Source: an uncultured Arthrobacter sp. (GTDB lineage Bacteria; Actinomycetota; Actinomycetes; Actinomycetales; Micrococcaceae). Taken from it: a stretch of 64,000 bases of DNA. Position numbers and translations under genes: made by a program. Below, piece by piece: positions 63,124-64,000 of the stretch (positions within the stretch are counted from its first letter, which is position 1; every line of letters starts with the position of its first letter). The DNA lies in contig NZ_CADCTE010000066.1 in NCBI RefSeq assembly GCF_902805515.1, positions 18,114-82,113 of the forward strand, written 5' to 3'. The notes under the pieces were generated by a model that saw nothing but the letters and a program-made list of their open reading frames with translations, had not been told where the DNA came from and searched no databases.

Positions 63124-63870
63124 CTAGAAGCCGGCGATGGTCTGCTCGGTGTTCACGCCCACGACGTGGAACCCCTCGGCGCTGCGCCCGCCGGGCAGTC
63201 CCCCGCGGACGGCGTTGCCCTGGAGCATGCCGCGCACCGCGGCGTCCATCTTCTCGACATCGGGATGCTGGCTGATGTGCGTGCGGATGGCCTCGAGTTT
63301 CACATCCTCGAAGCCGGTGATGTCAACGAAGTGGTTTTCCCTCTCCTCGGGCCCGCCGTAGAACCACAGCCAGGGCACCCGGTAGGCCTCGAGGCCGGCT
63401 GCCGCCAGCTCGGGGAAGGCGAACGGGTTCTCCACCGCCGGGTACACCGCCCGGGTGACGGCGTCTCCGCAGGCGAGGTGGTCGGGGTGGCTCTTCTGCA
63501 GCCGGTCCCAGTTCCGTTCCGGGTGGGAGGAGACAACGATATCGGGGCGCACCTCACGGATGCGGGCCACGATGCCGCGGATGACGGCCTCGGTGGGGCT
63601 CAGGTAGCCGTCCCGTTCACCGAGGAAGCTCACGTCCTCGACGCCGACGATGCGCGCCGCCCGGCGCTGTTCCTCATGGCGGGTTTCGACGATGGTGTTC
63701 CGGTGCTCCTCGGAGAAGCCTCCGGCGTCGCCGTCGGTCAGGATGCAGTAGCTCACCTGGATCCCGGCCGCGGTCCAGGCGGCCACGGTTCCGGCAGCAC
63801 CGAAGTCGAGGTCGTCGGGGTGGGCGGCGAAGCACAGGACGCGGCGGATGGTGTTGCGCGCGGGTTCCAC
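63124..63870 (-). CDS. PIG-L/LmbE family deacetylase
   Basis: AAHPDDLDFG, LTDGDAG, RHEEQRRAA, HPDH. Confidence 0.88.
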   Translation of the reverse strand: MEPARNTIRRVLCFAAHPDDLDFGAAGTVAAWTAAGIQVSYCILTDGDAGGFSEEHRNTIVETRHEEQRRAARIVGVEDVSFLGERDGYLSPTEAVIRGIVARIREVRPDIVVSSHPERNWDRLQKSHPDHLACGDAVTRAVYPAVENPFAFPELAAAGLEAYRVPWLWFYGGPEERENHFVDITGFEDVKLEAIRTHISQHPDVEKMDAAVRGMLQGNAVRGGLPGGRSAEGFHVVGVNTEQTIAGF

Positions 63871-63871
63871 C

Positions 63872-64000
63872 TCAGGCCCTGCGCTTCCGGATCTCCTCGG
63901 CCGCCTGCGGCAGGACGGTGAACAGGTCGCCCACCACGCCGAAGTCGGCGATCTCGAAGACGGGCGAATCCGGATCCTTATTGATCGCCACGATCACCTG
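63872..64000 (-). CDS. etfA: Electron transfer flavoprotein alpha subunit, 3' end only (truncated by window edge)
   Basis: My translation of the minus strand: [42 protein letters not shown]. Not in the ORF track. Confidence 0.9.
   Translation of the reverse strand, partial: QVIVAINKDPDSPVFEIADFGVVGDLFTVLPQAAEEIRKRRA

Overview
This is a chromosomal window from a high-GC actinobacterium; gene content and order suggest Micrococcaceae (Arthrobacter-like). I found no rRNA, tRNA, CRISPR array, integrase or transposase. (1) 0.1-14.7 kb: a cell-wall glycopolymer locus with Wzm/Wzt, Glf, a GlfT2-like galactofuranosyltransferase, a complete WbpA/B/E/D/I-like 2,3-diacetamido-uronic acid pathway, glycosyltransferases and an embedded GT2 + GT-C-like pair. 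(2) 14.9-16.8 kb: a lower-GC TetR/SnoaL/NmrA cassette with its own operator palindromes. (3) 17-43 kb: FHA-FtsK (EssC-like), whiB1, pdtaS, large NAD-GDH, an uncharacterised module (CpaE-like, SAF/CpaB-like, BldC-like HTH, tandem Sm/Hfq-like protein, LysM, Rv3235-family), secA, YcaQ-like, hpf, comF, lpqB-mtrB-mtrA. (4) 43.5-64 kb: a MoxR/DUF58 cluster, a MetE-like protein, chorismate mutase, mnmA-iscS, a MacAB-like ABC system, folP-ribD-like pair, J-domain protein, trmL, a methyltransferase, sigK-rskA, a PIG-L deacetylase and the 3' end of etfA. The most unusual signals are non-coding or in hypothetical proteins. A tandem array of DnaA-box 9-mers lies upstream of comF, with single same-orientation boxes upstream of the FHA-FtsK and SAF/CpaE genes. 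A 10-bp-phased direct-repeat array lies next to the BldC-like HTH gene. A small protein aligns by eye to two Hfq/Sm folds. Together these suggest, as inference only, an undescribed co-regulated DNA-uptake/surface module.
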